Of a stretch of 64,000 bases of DNA, positions 1 to 8,115 are shown in pieces. The position numbers and the translations under genes were made by a program. The stretch's first letter is position 1; the number at the start of each line of letters is the position of its first letter. The notes beneath the pieces were generated by a model. The model was not told the origin of the DNA, made no database searches, and saw only the letters and a program-made list of their open reading frames with translations. This stretch comes from a virus, in the IMG/VR virus record IMGVR_UViG_3300028837_000518, positions 45,320 to 109,319 of that record; one strand, written 5' to 3'.

Positions 1-3
1 TAC

Positions 4-104
4 GGGTTGGGTCGAAGTATGTCGGTTATCATACATAGTAATAGCATGGGTAAGAGTACGGCTCTACCATGCCCAAACTCGACATACATTCCCTTATCCA
101 ATCC
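4..104 (+). ncRNA. Y RNA-like element 1 (Ro60-binding hairpin)
   Basis: GGGTTGG(4-10)/CCAATCC(98-104) terminal stem, GTCGA with bulged C opposite TTAT, second helix GTATGTCG(17-24)/CGACATAC(80-87), GGTTATC motif, internal hairpin 44-72; upstream of Ro60. Confidence 0.8.
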
Positions 105-121
105 ATAATACTTAAATTGTT

Positions 122-180
122 GGCTAGGTCGAAGTATGCTGGTTATCCTCTATGATCCCGGCTACAATCCTTATCTAGCC
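122..180 (+). ncRNA. Y RNA-like element 2 (minimal)
   Basis: GGCTAG-GTCGA...GGTTATC...CTTAT-CTAGCC followed by TTT; same architecture as the other four copies and as Y RNA termini. Confidence 0.82.
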
Positions 181-183
181 TTT

Positions 184-256
184 AGGTAAATAGCTCAGTT
201 GGTAGAGCACTTCTTTTACAAAGAAGAGATCGCAGGTTCGAGTCCTGCTTTGCCTA
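184..256 (+). tRNA. tRNA-Val(TAC)
   Basis: Full cloverleaf: AGGTAAA/TTTGCCT acceptor, GCTC/GAGC D stem, CTTCT-TTTACAA-AGAAG anticodon arm, GCAGG-TTCGAGT-CCTGC T arm; CCA not encoded. Confidence 0.93.
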
Positions 257-267
257 CTAAAACTTAA

Positions 268-374
268 TAGATTAGGTCGAAGAGTATCGGTTATCAAGGC
301 AAGCCGAGAGGTTGGTCTGGTGAGCCAGACTTAACATCGGTTATGAAAACGATCTCACAAACTTATCTAATCTA
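268..374 (+). ncRNA. Y RNA-like element 3
   Basis: TAGATTAG(268-275)/CTAATCTA(367-374) stem, GTCGA/CTTAT, GGTTATC motif, long internal hairpin 302-342. Confidence 0.8.
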
Positions 375-377
375 CAT

Positions 378-449
378 GGGGGCGTAGCTTAACGGGAAAG
401 CACCTCTTTTGCAAGGAGGGTACTGGAGGTTCAATTCCTCCCGTCTCCA
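378..449 (+). tRNA. tRNA-Ala(TGC)
   Basis: Cloverleaf with GGGGGCG/CGTCTCC acceptor containing the G3:U70 Ala determinant; anticodon TGC at 410-412; CCA not encoded. Confidence 0.93.
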
Positions 450-452
450 CCT

Positions 453-515
453 CTTGGGTCGAATGCATTGGGTTATTCAAGGTGAAAACTTCCCAACGCA
501 GTTAACTTATCCAAG
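453..515 (+). ncRNA. Y RNA-like element 4
   Basis: CTTGG/CCAAG stem, GTCGA/CTTAT, TGCATTGGG/CCCAACGCA helix, GGTTATT motif. Confidence 0.8.
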
Positions 516-524
516 TAATAATAT

Positions 525-597
525 GCGGGAGTAGCTCAGTTGGTAGAGCATCGCCTTGCCAGGGCGAGGGTCACGAGTTCGAGTCTCGTTTTCCGCT
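525..597 (+). tRNA. tRNA-Gly(GCC)
   Basis: Cloverleaf GCGGGAG/TTTCCGC, anticodon GCC at 558-560, U73 discriminator; CCA not encoded. Confidence 0.93.
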
Positions 598-606
598 TAT
601 GTTGTT

Positions 607-685
607 AAGCCGGGTCGAGTTCAGTGGGTTATTGTGTATAATAATCCTTGTGTGTGTTTTCCCACTGGAAAAGTTAACCTGGCTT
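607..685 (+). ncRNA. Y RNA-like element 5
   Basis: AAGCCGGG/CCTGGCTT stem, GTCGA, TTCAGTGGG/CCCACTGGA helix, GGTTATT motif, ends in T run. Confidence 0.78.
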
Positions 686-732
686 TTATCTCTCTGGGAC
701 GCTTTTCCATCCACCACTACTAGGAGGTTATA

Positions 733-2433
733 ATGAGCAATTACGGCCAACACTTCTCTACACAGCAAACCGTCCAGACCGAGCCCATCCCAGGAAAAGA
801 TATGGGAGAAAACTTGGCTGGTGGTTATGCATTCAAGATTGATAAGTGGGCAAGACTTCAGCGTTTTCTTATCCTCGGCGCGGAAGGCACCTACTATGCT
901 AGCGGTCAAGCAATGACCATTGATAATGCTAACGTAGTAGTGGATTGTATTCGGGAAGATGGCCGGCGAGTGGTAGATAGTATTGTTACTACCTCACAAG
1001 AGGGTCGTGCGCCCAAGAATGACTCAGCACTATTTGCCCTTCTCATGTGTATGACACCAGACTTTGCCAATCTTGCAACTCGCCAAGCAGCATTTGCTGC
1101 TCTTCCTGCAGTTGCACGAATTGGTACGCACCTATTTAAGTTCTGCTCTGAGGTTGACTCAATGCGGGGTTGGGGACGTGGGCTACGACGCGCACTCTCT
1201 AGGTGGTACAACTCTAAAGCTCCTGCTCGCCTTGCATACCAAGTTGTAAAGTATCAGCAGCGGCATGGCTGGACCCACAGAGATGTATTGCGCAAGGCTC
1301 ACCCAGTCCCCTTATCGGATGCGCACAAGATTATCTATCACTACATAACTCAAAAGGAGCTACCATGTAGTCTCGCGCAGACAGAGGGTGGTGTGGATAT
1401 GTTGTATGCCTTCGAGTCTATCAAACGGGCCGAGAGTGTTAATCAGGCCACACAACTAATCCGTGAATTCAGACTTCCTCGCGAGGCAGTGCCAACTCGA
1501 TTCTTGAATGATAGTGCTATTTGGCAAGCACTACTAGAATCTATGCCTATGACCGCCATGATTCGCAACCTTGCCAAGATGACCAGTATTGGTCTACTTG
1601 CTCCCTTGTCGTTCGCAGCTAACTTTGTAGTAAAGCAATTAGGTAATGCAGATTATCTGAGACGCGCACGCGTTCACCCATTCTCTGTATTTCTTGCGTT
1701 GCGAACCTACGCGATGGGTTGCGGTATTCGTGGTAAGCTTCGGTGGGAACCAGTACCTGCCATAGTAGATGCGCTTGACAAGGCTTTTTACTTGTGTTTT
1801 GATAATGTTGAGCCAACTGGAAAGCGTATAGTAATCGGCGTTGATGTCTCGGGTAGCATGAGTGCGCCGATACTCGCTGATCCTAATACACAATTCATGG
1901 TACCGGGGCCACCATCAGTCCTGGAGGCCGCTGCTGCAATTGCGTTAGTTACTAACGCTGTGGAACCCAATAGTACTATAGTAGCATTCTCGCATGATAT
2001 AGTACCAATCACTATTACACCGCGCCAGCGGATTGATAACCTTTGCAACGAGCTACGCGGCCTACCAATGGGCAATACAGACTGTGCTCTACCCATGCTT
2101 TGGGCGCTAGGTTATGCGCCCGATGTACGTGGTGGTATTCACAGATGGTTCCGTCACCCCTGCGATTATAAGAAAGTTAGGGACAACGTTATCGAGGCTG
2201 ATGTTTTCATAGTAATTACCGACAACGAGACTTGGTTTGGCAAGATACACCCTGTGCAGGCACTAAACAAGTATCGAAAGCAAACAGGTATTGACGCCAA
2301 GCTAGTTGTTCTCGCTATGACCTCTACCGGATTTTCTATAGCTGACCCCAATGATTCTGGAATGCTTGATATTTGTGGTATGGATAGCGCTGTTCCCACA
2401 CTTATCTCTGACTTTATAAGTGGCAGAGTTTAG
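733..2433 (+). CDS. rsr: Ro60/TROVE domain RNA-binding protein with C-terminal vWA (MIDAS) domain
   Basis: N-terminal 'NLAGGYAF...LQRFLILGAEGTYY', 'GWGRGLRRA', 'KYQQRHGWTHRDVLRKAHP', 'MPMTAMIRNLAKMT', vWA 'DVSGSM' and 'ITDNETW'; AGGAGG RBS at 722-727. Confidence 0.96.
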   Translation: MSNYGQHFSTQQTVQTEPIPGKDMGENLAGGYAFKIDKWARLQRFLILGAEGTYYASGQAMTIDNANVVVDCIREDGRRVVDSIVTTSQEGRAPKNDSALFALLMCMTPDFANLATRQAAFAALPAVARIGTHLFKFCSEVDSMRGWGRGLRRALSRWYNSKAPARLAYQVVKYQQRHGWTHRDVLRKAHPVPLSDAHKIIYHYITQKELPCSLAQTEGGVDMLYAFESIKRAESVNQATQLIREFRLPREAVPTRFLNDSAIWQALLESMPMTAMIRNLAKMTSIGLLAPLSFAANFVVKQLGNADYLRRARVHPFSVFLALRTYAMGCGIRGKLRWEPVPAIVDALDKAFYLCFDNVEPTGKRIVIGVDVSGSMSAPILADPNTQFMVPGPPSVLEAAAAIALVTNAVEPNSTIVAFSHDIVPITITPRQRIDNLCNELRGLPMGNTDCALPMLWALGYAPDVRGGIHRWFRHPCDYKKVRDNVIEADVFIVITDNETWFGKIHPVQALNKYRKQTGIDAKLVVLAMTSTGFSIADPNDSGMLDICGMDSAVPTLISDFISGRV

Positions 2434-2434
2434 C

Positions 2435-2890
2435 ATGAGCGAGGCGGAAAGACTTGAGGCTCTAATAGATCAGTTAGCAGAGCTAAGAGATATGGTGCAC
2501 TTTCTTCAAAGTGCCGAAGACGATGCGAAAGCAACGCTAGAGCAAGTACAAGAATACCAAATCTATAACAATATAGTAGATGGGCGCAAAAAGCTAAAGC
2601 GACAGGTTAAAGAACACGAAGTAGTAATACGTAACTTAGTTGTTAAAGTCTTTAGTGAAACAGGCATAAGGTATCCGGGGACAGGTCGTGCATATATTCA
2701 AATGGTTAAGACTTGTGTCTACGACGAAACCAATATTCATGCCTGGTGTGTCGAACGCGCCCCCGGCTTTCTCAATCTTAATACTAGAGCAATTGAGAAA
2801 GCAGCAAAGTCGGGTGCAAATGGTATGCCTATAGAAGTTACTGTAGTTCCGCGCGGTTATATCAAGGGCAAGCTAGATGTCCCGGCCTAA
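2435..2890 (+). CDS. Hypothetical coiled-coil protein (weak Gp157/Gam-like appearance)
   Basis: ATG just after Ro60 stop; helical N-terminal half, beta-rich C-terminal half. Confidence 0.5.
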   Translation: MSEAERLEALIDQLAELRDMVHFLQSAEDDAKATLEQVQEYQIYNNIVDGRKKLKRQVKEHEVVIRNLVVKVFSETGIRYPGTGRAYIQMVKTCVYDETNIHAWCVERAPGFLNLNTRAIEKAAKSGANGMPIEVTVVPRGYIKGKLDVPA

Positions 2891-3380
2891 TACACCAAGC
2901 TTTTGGACAACAACACATACTACCAGTGAAAAGGACGAGTGGGAAACACCGCGAAGTCTCGTTAGCTACTTAGCACAGTACTTTTCCTGGGACCTTGATG
3001 TGTGTGCGAGTCGAGCAAATGTCTGCGAGACCTTTCTTACTAAGGCCGATAACGCCCTAAGTTGTAGTTGGACGGGACTGTGCTGGAATAACCCACCATA
3101 CGGAAAAGAGATGCGTCGGTGGATTGCTAAAGCAAAACACGCTGCGCAGTCCCCCGGCACTACAGTAGTCTGTCTAGTGCCGGCTCGCACCGATACTAAG
3201 TGGTGGCATCACAACGTTCCTGAAGCAAGCTTGGTAGTTTTCTTAAAGGGTCGACTTAGCTTTGAACTAGATAACATTGGGCAACCCGCACCATTCCCAT
3301 CAGCTATAATAGTGTTTGGTCCACTAAGTGAACTACAGAAAAATGTTCTAAAACACATGGGCTGGTCACCACTAGGATAG
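2877..3380 (+). CDS. Phage DNA N6-adenine methyltransferase (Dam-like)
   Basis: 'EWETP', 'LDVCAS', 'NNPPYG', 'LVPARTDTKWW', 'APFPSA' motifs. Confidence 0.9.
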   Translation: MSRPNTPSFWTTTHTTSEKDEWETPRSLVSYLAQYFSWDLDVCASRANVCETFLTKADNALSCSWTGLCWNNPPYGKEMRRWIAKAKHAAQSPGTTVVCLVPARTDTKWWHHNVPEASLVVFLKGRLSFELDNIGQPAPFPSAIIVFGPLSELQKNVLKHMGWSPLG

Positions 3381-3387
3381 GAGAGAG

Positions 3388-3759
3388 ATGTTACTTAGTA
3401 AAAAGGAAACTAAACAACTGTTGCGCGCACTCTGTGAAGTCACCGACATTGAGCAATGTCAACCTTATACAATGGTGCGAGTAGTTATACCTAAGCTTCC
3501 CAACGTCTTAGGGGCGCATCCCGAGGCAATAACCGCTGCTGGATTCTCTAAAGTTGTATGGCCCGATAAGTGGTCGCCCACGATTGGTATTCGTATTGCT
3601 AAAGTACGCGCTGCCGACCGTATATTTAACGGGCTATGGGATGTTAACTTTCGCGTTACAGTAGAGTGTGCGCAGAAGTGGCGGGAGCAAGTTAAGGCAG
3701 CCCGACCAGAGCTACACACTGATGAGGTAGAACTTCTTCCCGCGAGTGTTCCTGCGTGA
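3388..3759 (+). CDS. Hypothetical protein
   Basis: ORF with AGGAG RBS, in co-oriented gene run. Confidence 0.6.
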   Translation: MLLSKKETKQLLRALCEVTDIEQCQPYTMVRVVIPKLPNVLGAHPEAITAAGFSKVVWPDKWSPTIGIRIAKVRAADRIFNGLWDVNFRVTVECAQKWREQVKAARPELHTDEVELLPASVPA

Positions 3760-4145
3760 AGAAAACACGGTTAGCATTCAATCACTACACGAGTATAGGG
3801 TGGTTACTACGACACCCCAAGGAACTCTTTCAGGAACTAAAGTGGTTTATTCAGCGTGGTCTTTATGGGTATTCTGATAGAGATGTTTGGGGTATATGTG
3901 ACTACCTCGTAGCGTGGATGCCGTCTGCAATTGACCAACTAAGGAAAAATTCCCATAGTTTTCCCACTGAACTATCACATTTTGACTGGCATGTTATTCT
4001 TGCCGAGATAAAGAATGGTTGGCAAGCAGGTGAAAAGTGGCTAGCTTGTGAATATACTAGCGATGACGAGCGTGAAGAGATAGAGAAGACTTTCTACAAA
4101 GGCTTTGCTCTCTTCTATGCGTGGTTCTGGCACCTTTGGGATTGA
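3756..4145 (+). CDS. Hypothetical phage protein
   Basis: GTGA overlap with the previous gene; 'WFIQRGLYGYSDRDVW...WFWHLWD'. Confidence 0.65.
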   Translation: MKKTRLAFNHYTSIGWLLRHPKELFQELKWFIQRGLYGYSDRDVWGICDYLVAWMPSAIDQLRKNSHSFPTELSHFDWHVILAEIKNGWQAGEKWLACEYTSDDEREEIEKTFYKGFALFYAWFWHLWD

Positions 4146-4181
4146 CAACGTGATTACTAAAGTAGTAAGTATTCAATTGGG

Positions 4182-4604
4182 ATGCGAGAAATAAAAGGCG
4201 ATTTGTGGCGTTACTACGCAGCCGGCGTACCATGCTGTATTACAGTGAATGGTTTTGTAAAGGCTAATGGTTGTGCTGTGATGGGGCGTGGTAGCGTGTA
4301 TTCCTACTGCGTCCCCATTTGTTTTCTTTTCCAGTTAAAAGAGATCGGGCTACCTGCGTTAGTAATCGTAGTAATGTAGTGCGACACATGCGAAGGAAAT
4401 TTAGGCCCGGTATGGGCACTAAAGGCTGAGCCACTTGTTATCAGGGCAAGCCTTTCATATCTCGATCACATTCGTATAGCAATGGATTGGCGTGTAGTAA
4501 TACTACCAAGGCCAGGATGTGGTGCTGGTGAACTTGACTGGGAAGAAGATGTACGCCCTATTTGTAATAAGTATAAGGAATGGTTATGGATAATCTCGAA
4601 GTGA
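4182..4604 (+). pseudogene. Frameshifted macro-domain-like (ADP-ribose binding) gene
   Basis: 'EIKGDLW...ITVNGFVKANGCAVMGRG' (frame 0), 'LFSFPVK...VVRHM' (frame 2), 'WALKA...VILPRPGCGAGELDW' (frame 0 again, stop 4602-4604). Confidence 0.7.
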
Positions 4605-4909
4605 TATTAACTATATCGGTGCTTGACAATTTTACCAGTACTTTAGGTGAATCCAAGCTAGCATTGGACGCACTGGTTATTGCTATCCAAAGCTGTAAGC
4701 GCACTCAACTAGAAGTTACCCTTCTACATTGGCACTTTCCTTATGTGCTAGCAGGTTTCATAGCGGATTACTGCCCAACAAAATGGCTATTTTTATTGTA
4801 AATTGGAATACTGAGTTAACACGTACTGAGATACTGGCAAGTACGAAGTCACAACTAGGCAATATTGATTTTAGTTATAGCGGCACACATGATGCCCTGT
4901 ATATAGGTT

Positions 4910-5497
4910 TTGGTGATTTTTGTTGCGGCACAAGGAGTTTTGACGACTACTGTGGTAAACACTTCGCCTGTGGATGATACAGATAAACTTATTCGTCACC
5001 TTTATGTAGAGCAAGAACTTAGCTTAGGTACTGTAAGTAAGAACGTGGGTCATAGTAAGTACCAGGTTGAGAAAAGACTTACTCGCATGGGGGTAAAAAT
5101 TCGTAGTCCTGAAGAAGGTGTAAGAATCAGGGAAGAGCGGAAAAAAGAAAGAGTAAAACAAATACTGCGTACAATACCGCAAGATATTCCCGTTGAGCAA
5201 CAAGTCAGGTTAATGCACAAAGCATCTCTGTCGAGAACGATTATTAGTCAACACTCAGGCTTAAGTACCCACTACGTTCATAAAATCATTAACAATATTA
5301 ATGGTTATATTCCAGCCGATGATGACCGACAACGCTGCAAACACTGCACTATTATTCTGGCAGAGTGTGATGATATAGTTCGTGAGCACGAGCGCGATGG
5401 TTATTGTGGGTATTGTGTTAGCGAAGGTATTCCCGAGAGAGTTCTGGCCAAGGAGGATACATGGACCCCCAACAGATCACTGAACCACAACAGATAG
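4910..5497 (+). CDS. HTH-like protein with C-terminal CxxC...CxxC zinc finger
   Basis: 'LYVEQELSLGTVSKNVG', 'RCKHCTIILAEC...ERDGYCGYC'; exact start uncertain. Confidence 0.6.
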   Translation: MVIFVAAQGVLTTTVVNTSPVDDTDKLIRHLYVEQELSLGTVSKNVGHSKYQVEKRLTRMGVKIRSPEEGVRIREERKKERVKQILRTIPQDIPVEQQVRLMHKASLSRTIISQHSGLSTHYVHKIINNINGYIPADDDRQRCKHCTIILAECDDIVREHERDGYCGYCVSEGIPERVLAKEDTWTPNRSLNHNR

Positions 5498-5516
5498 ATA
5501 AAGGGAGATAGAATAG

Positions 5517-6143
5517 ATGCATCATTGGGGACAAGAAGGTGTTGAGTTACCAGTACCGGCGACTAAGCTGGTTAGTGCCGAGGCCAGTACACCAAAACTG
5601 ACTGTAGAAACAGTAGATAATCACGTGTACTTTTATGCTACTGTTAACAGTGATCGCTGTTTAGCCTTAGTTCGTACCATTCGCGAACTTGATGGAAAAC
5701 TTAGGAACGAACATGCCTCACGTGCATTGCCGGCAGAGCACCCATTAACACCTATTTGGTTGCATGTGAATAGCGATGGGGGCAGTGTGTTTGACGCGCT
5801 TGGTGTTGCCGATCAACTGAAAAGTATTAAGACACCAATATTCTCTGTAGTAGAGGGGTGTGCAGCAAGCTCTGCGACTCTCCTCAGTGTCCCTTGTACG
5901 AAGCGGTTTATTACTTCATCTTCTTTCATGCTTATTCATCAAGTTTCCAGCATTATGTGGGGAACATACGAGCAGTTTAAAGATCAGATGAAGGTACTTG
6001 ACATGATCATGCGTCAACTTGTCAACTTTTACTCGACTCACACAAAGCTGGAGCCATTAAAGCTCGAGGAGCTTCTCAAGCGTGATTCGTGGTTTGCCGC
6101 ACAGCAATGTGTGGATATAGGGTTAGTGGACGCTATTCTATAG
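5517..6143 (+). CDS. clpP: ClpP-like protease proteolytic subunit
   Basis: 'NSDGGSV', 'GCAASSAT' (Ser), 'MLIHQ' (His), 'RDSWF...GLVDAI' (Asp region). Confidence 0.88.
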   Translation: MHHWGQEGVELPVPATKLVSAEASTPKLTVETVDNHVYFYATVNSDRCLALVRTIRELDGKLRNEHASRALPAEHPLTPIWLHVNSDGGSVFDALGVADQLKSIKTPIFSVVEGCAASSATLLSVPCTKRFITSSSFMLIHQVSSIMWGTYEQFKDQMKVLDMIMRQLVNFYSTHTKLEPLKLEELLKRDSWFAAQQCVDIGLVDAIL

Positions 6144-6154
6144 GAGGCGTAAAA

Positions 6155-6328
6155 ATGGGTAGATACAGTGTGAAACCGAAAGATAGTGATATTGACGACG
6201 TTCTAAATATCTGTACTGAGCGTGCGAACTCGGGAAATTCGCCGCTTTGGGGTATGACTTATGAGGAAGGTGTAGAGGCGGGAATTAGGTGGGTTCTTGG
6301 TCAAACTGATGATTCTCCACTAGATTAA
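6155..6328 (+). CDS. Small hypothetical protein (paralog of 16487..16675)
   Basis: AGGAGG RBS; 'GMTYEEGVEAGIRWVLG'. Confidence 0.7.
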   Translation: MGRYSVKPKDSDIDDVLNICTERANSGNSPLWGMTYEEGVEAGIRWVLGQTDDSPLD

Positions 6329-6341
6329 ATAAAGGAGAGAA

Positions 6342-6677
6342 ATGAGTAAGGCAGGTACTTATCTTTGCGGCGTACCATTCGAGCACTGTATGGCTCCAAT
6401 GAAAGATTGTTCCGCGTCTCTTCGTGATAGGCATTATCGAACTGGTGCGCTTAAAGCGCACTCATCTCGCGACGAATCATTCCGATGCTGTGTTCACTAC
6501 CTAACTAAAGTGTTAGGATACAAGCGAGTAGGTGGTCGTGAGTTCTCTCCTCCAGACGGTGGACCAATTAGGGTGCTGACTAAAAAGATACGGTTCGGTG
6601 GACGCCTGCGTGGTGGCAAACAAGAAAGAGCAATGCCGTCAGGAATACATACTGGCGGAATGGTCTTTTCAGCCTAG
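6342..6677 (+). CDS. Hypothetical protein
   Basis: AAGGAG RBS, intact ORF. Confidence 0.6.
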   Translation: MSKAGTYLCGVPFEHCMAPMKDCSASLRDRHYRTGALKAHSSRDESFRCCVHYLTKVLGYKRVGGREFSPPDGGPIRVLTKKIRFGGRLRGGKQERAMPSGIHTGGMVFSA

Positions 6678-6705
6678 TGACTTGGTTAGCCCAGGAGGCT
6701 GGCTA

Positions 6706-7161
6706 GTGAATGTTGAGCGCGTAAACCCTTATGACTTAAATGCAATAGCAGAGGTGAATCTCGCACGCCGACAATCACGTTCTCGAAACCCAAATCCATA
6801 CAGTCTTGACGGTGAAAGAAACCTTCTCTATACTGCAGGAAAGAGTACAATGCTTACTCAGACGAATGATGCGCTAAACCGCTGGGCAGCCCAAGTGGTA
6901 GAAGAGTCCCAAGAAACCTGTGATTCAGAGGGGCTAGAGCCACTCGACTACGTTTGTGATGCTAACGCTTGTCTGCAATTAATGAAAAAGGTGGGTGAAC
7001 GTGGACGGCTTTGGTGGGAGTCAATATGTCAGCGATGGATATACGAGCTACTAGATACAGTAATAGGTACAATTTGGTTTCATTCATCTGAACAAGAACC
7101 TGGTCGTTGCGTTATCGAGGCGCTGATGTATATAAAAGGTGATACTGATGATGATGGCTGA
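6706..7161 (+). CDS. Hypothetical protein, phage ABA-sandwich-like family
   Basis: 'TNDALNRWAAQVV...EPGRCVIEALMY', shared with 7148..7681. Confidence 0.6.
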   Translation: MNVERVNPYDLNAIAEVNLARRQSRSRNPNPYSLDGERNLLYTAGKSTMLTQTNDALNRWAAQVVEESQETCDSEGLEPLDYVCDANACLQLMKKVGERGRLWWESICQRWIYELLDTVIGTIWFHSSEQEPGRCVIEALMYIKGDTDDDG

Positions 7162-7681
7162 GCTACCTTGTTCTATGAACTCTCTCTCGGATGAACAAAG
7201 ATATGAAGATGCCGTGCGACGGGATGCTATTGAACTCGAAGGCGAAATGTTACTAACTGCAGAGCTGTCGGGAATGAGTGCTGCTGACGCAGCAAAGTTT
7301 GCAATGCAATTAGTTGGTTCAGCAAGTGGCGAAACACCTGGCAAAACTAACGCACAACTGAACCGCTGGGCGGCGGAGCTGGTGGGGTGGAAAGAGGCAT
7401 GGCGTGGTTTGTGGTTTTGGCCTGGCACATCGTCACGAGAACAACATGAGCCCATAGAGCCTCCCGACCCCGTCTACGACCTCGGTGCCTGCCCGCCGCT
7501 GTTCCAGATGCTGGGTACGCAAGCCCGCTTTTGGTGGGACGAGGAGGAGGAGACTTGGATATGTGATGTAGACGGTATGCCACACAAGCCCTATGGTATA
7601 TTCTATTCCCCCGAGTCCGAGCCTGGCCGCTGCATCGTCGAGGCGGCGATGTATGTGTTTGGGAAGAAGAGCGATGAGTGA
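7148..7681 (+). CDS. Hypothetical protein, phage ABA-sandwich-like family
   Basis: 'TNAQLNRWAAELVGW...EPGRCIVEAAMY'. Confidence 0.6.
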   Translation: MMMAELPCSMNSLSDEQRYEDAVRRDAIELEGEMLLTAELSGMSAADAAKFAMQLVGSASGETPGKTNAQLNRWAAELVGWKEAWRGLWFWPGTSSREQHEPIEPPDPVYDLGACPPLFQMLGTQARFWWDEEEETWICDVDGMPHKPYGIFYSPESEPGRCIVEAAMYVFGKKSDE

Positions 7682-7824
7682 GACATTCCACACTTTCGAG
7701 GAGTACCGACAACGCTTCTTTCCAGAGGAGTGCGAGCAGGAACGCTGAGAGAAGCTGACCGTGGAGGAGCGGGTGCGTGAGTGGGCGGAGAAGCACGCCG
7801 CCAGGATATTCGGGAAGGAGCGCG

Positions 7825-8115
7825 ATGAAGCCGCTGACGGATGAGAACGAATTAGACGAGTTGGAAACCTACCAGTTACGCCAGTTAGATGATTGGGAAG
7901 TCAAGGAGCTTCGGACATACCTCATCCGCGCCGTGGCGACGATTCGGGCGCTGAAGTCGCAACTCGATGAAATGGCTGAGGCGGCAATCAGATTGGCAAA
8001 TGCGCTTTGGGAAGTCGGCGCAACCCATCTGCTTACCAATTACGATGACTACGTTGCTCTCGCCGAATCCACGAGAGCGCGGCTGGAGAAGCTGATGGAG
8101 GGAAGCGATGATTGA
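7825..8115 (+). CDS. Hypothetical protein (paralog of 8520..8909)
   Basis: 'LTDENEL...RAVATIR'; shares an exact 21-bp repeat with 8721-8741. Confidence 0.6.
   Translation: MKPLTDENELDELETYQLRQLDDWEVKELRTYLIRAVATIRALKSQLDEMAEAAIRLANALWEVGATHLLTNYDDYVALAESTRARLEKLMEGSDD

Noticed and set aside
4-690. CRISPR array interpretation of the recurring GGTCGA…GGTTATC motif
   Set aside because: Repeats are degenerate, irregularly spaced and pair with distal 3' motifs to form hairpins; the intervening sequences are tRNAs; no cas operon
571-2399. Minus-strand ORFs overlapping Ro60, and similar antisense ORFs throughout
   Set aside because: Shadow ORFs of well-supported genes, with no motifs or RBS
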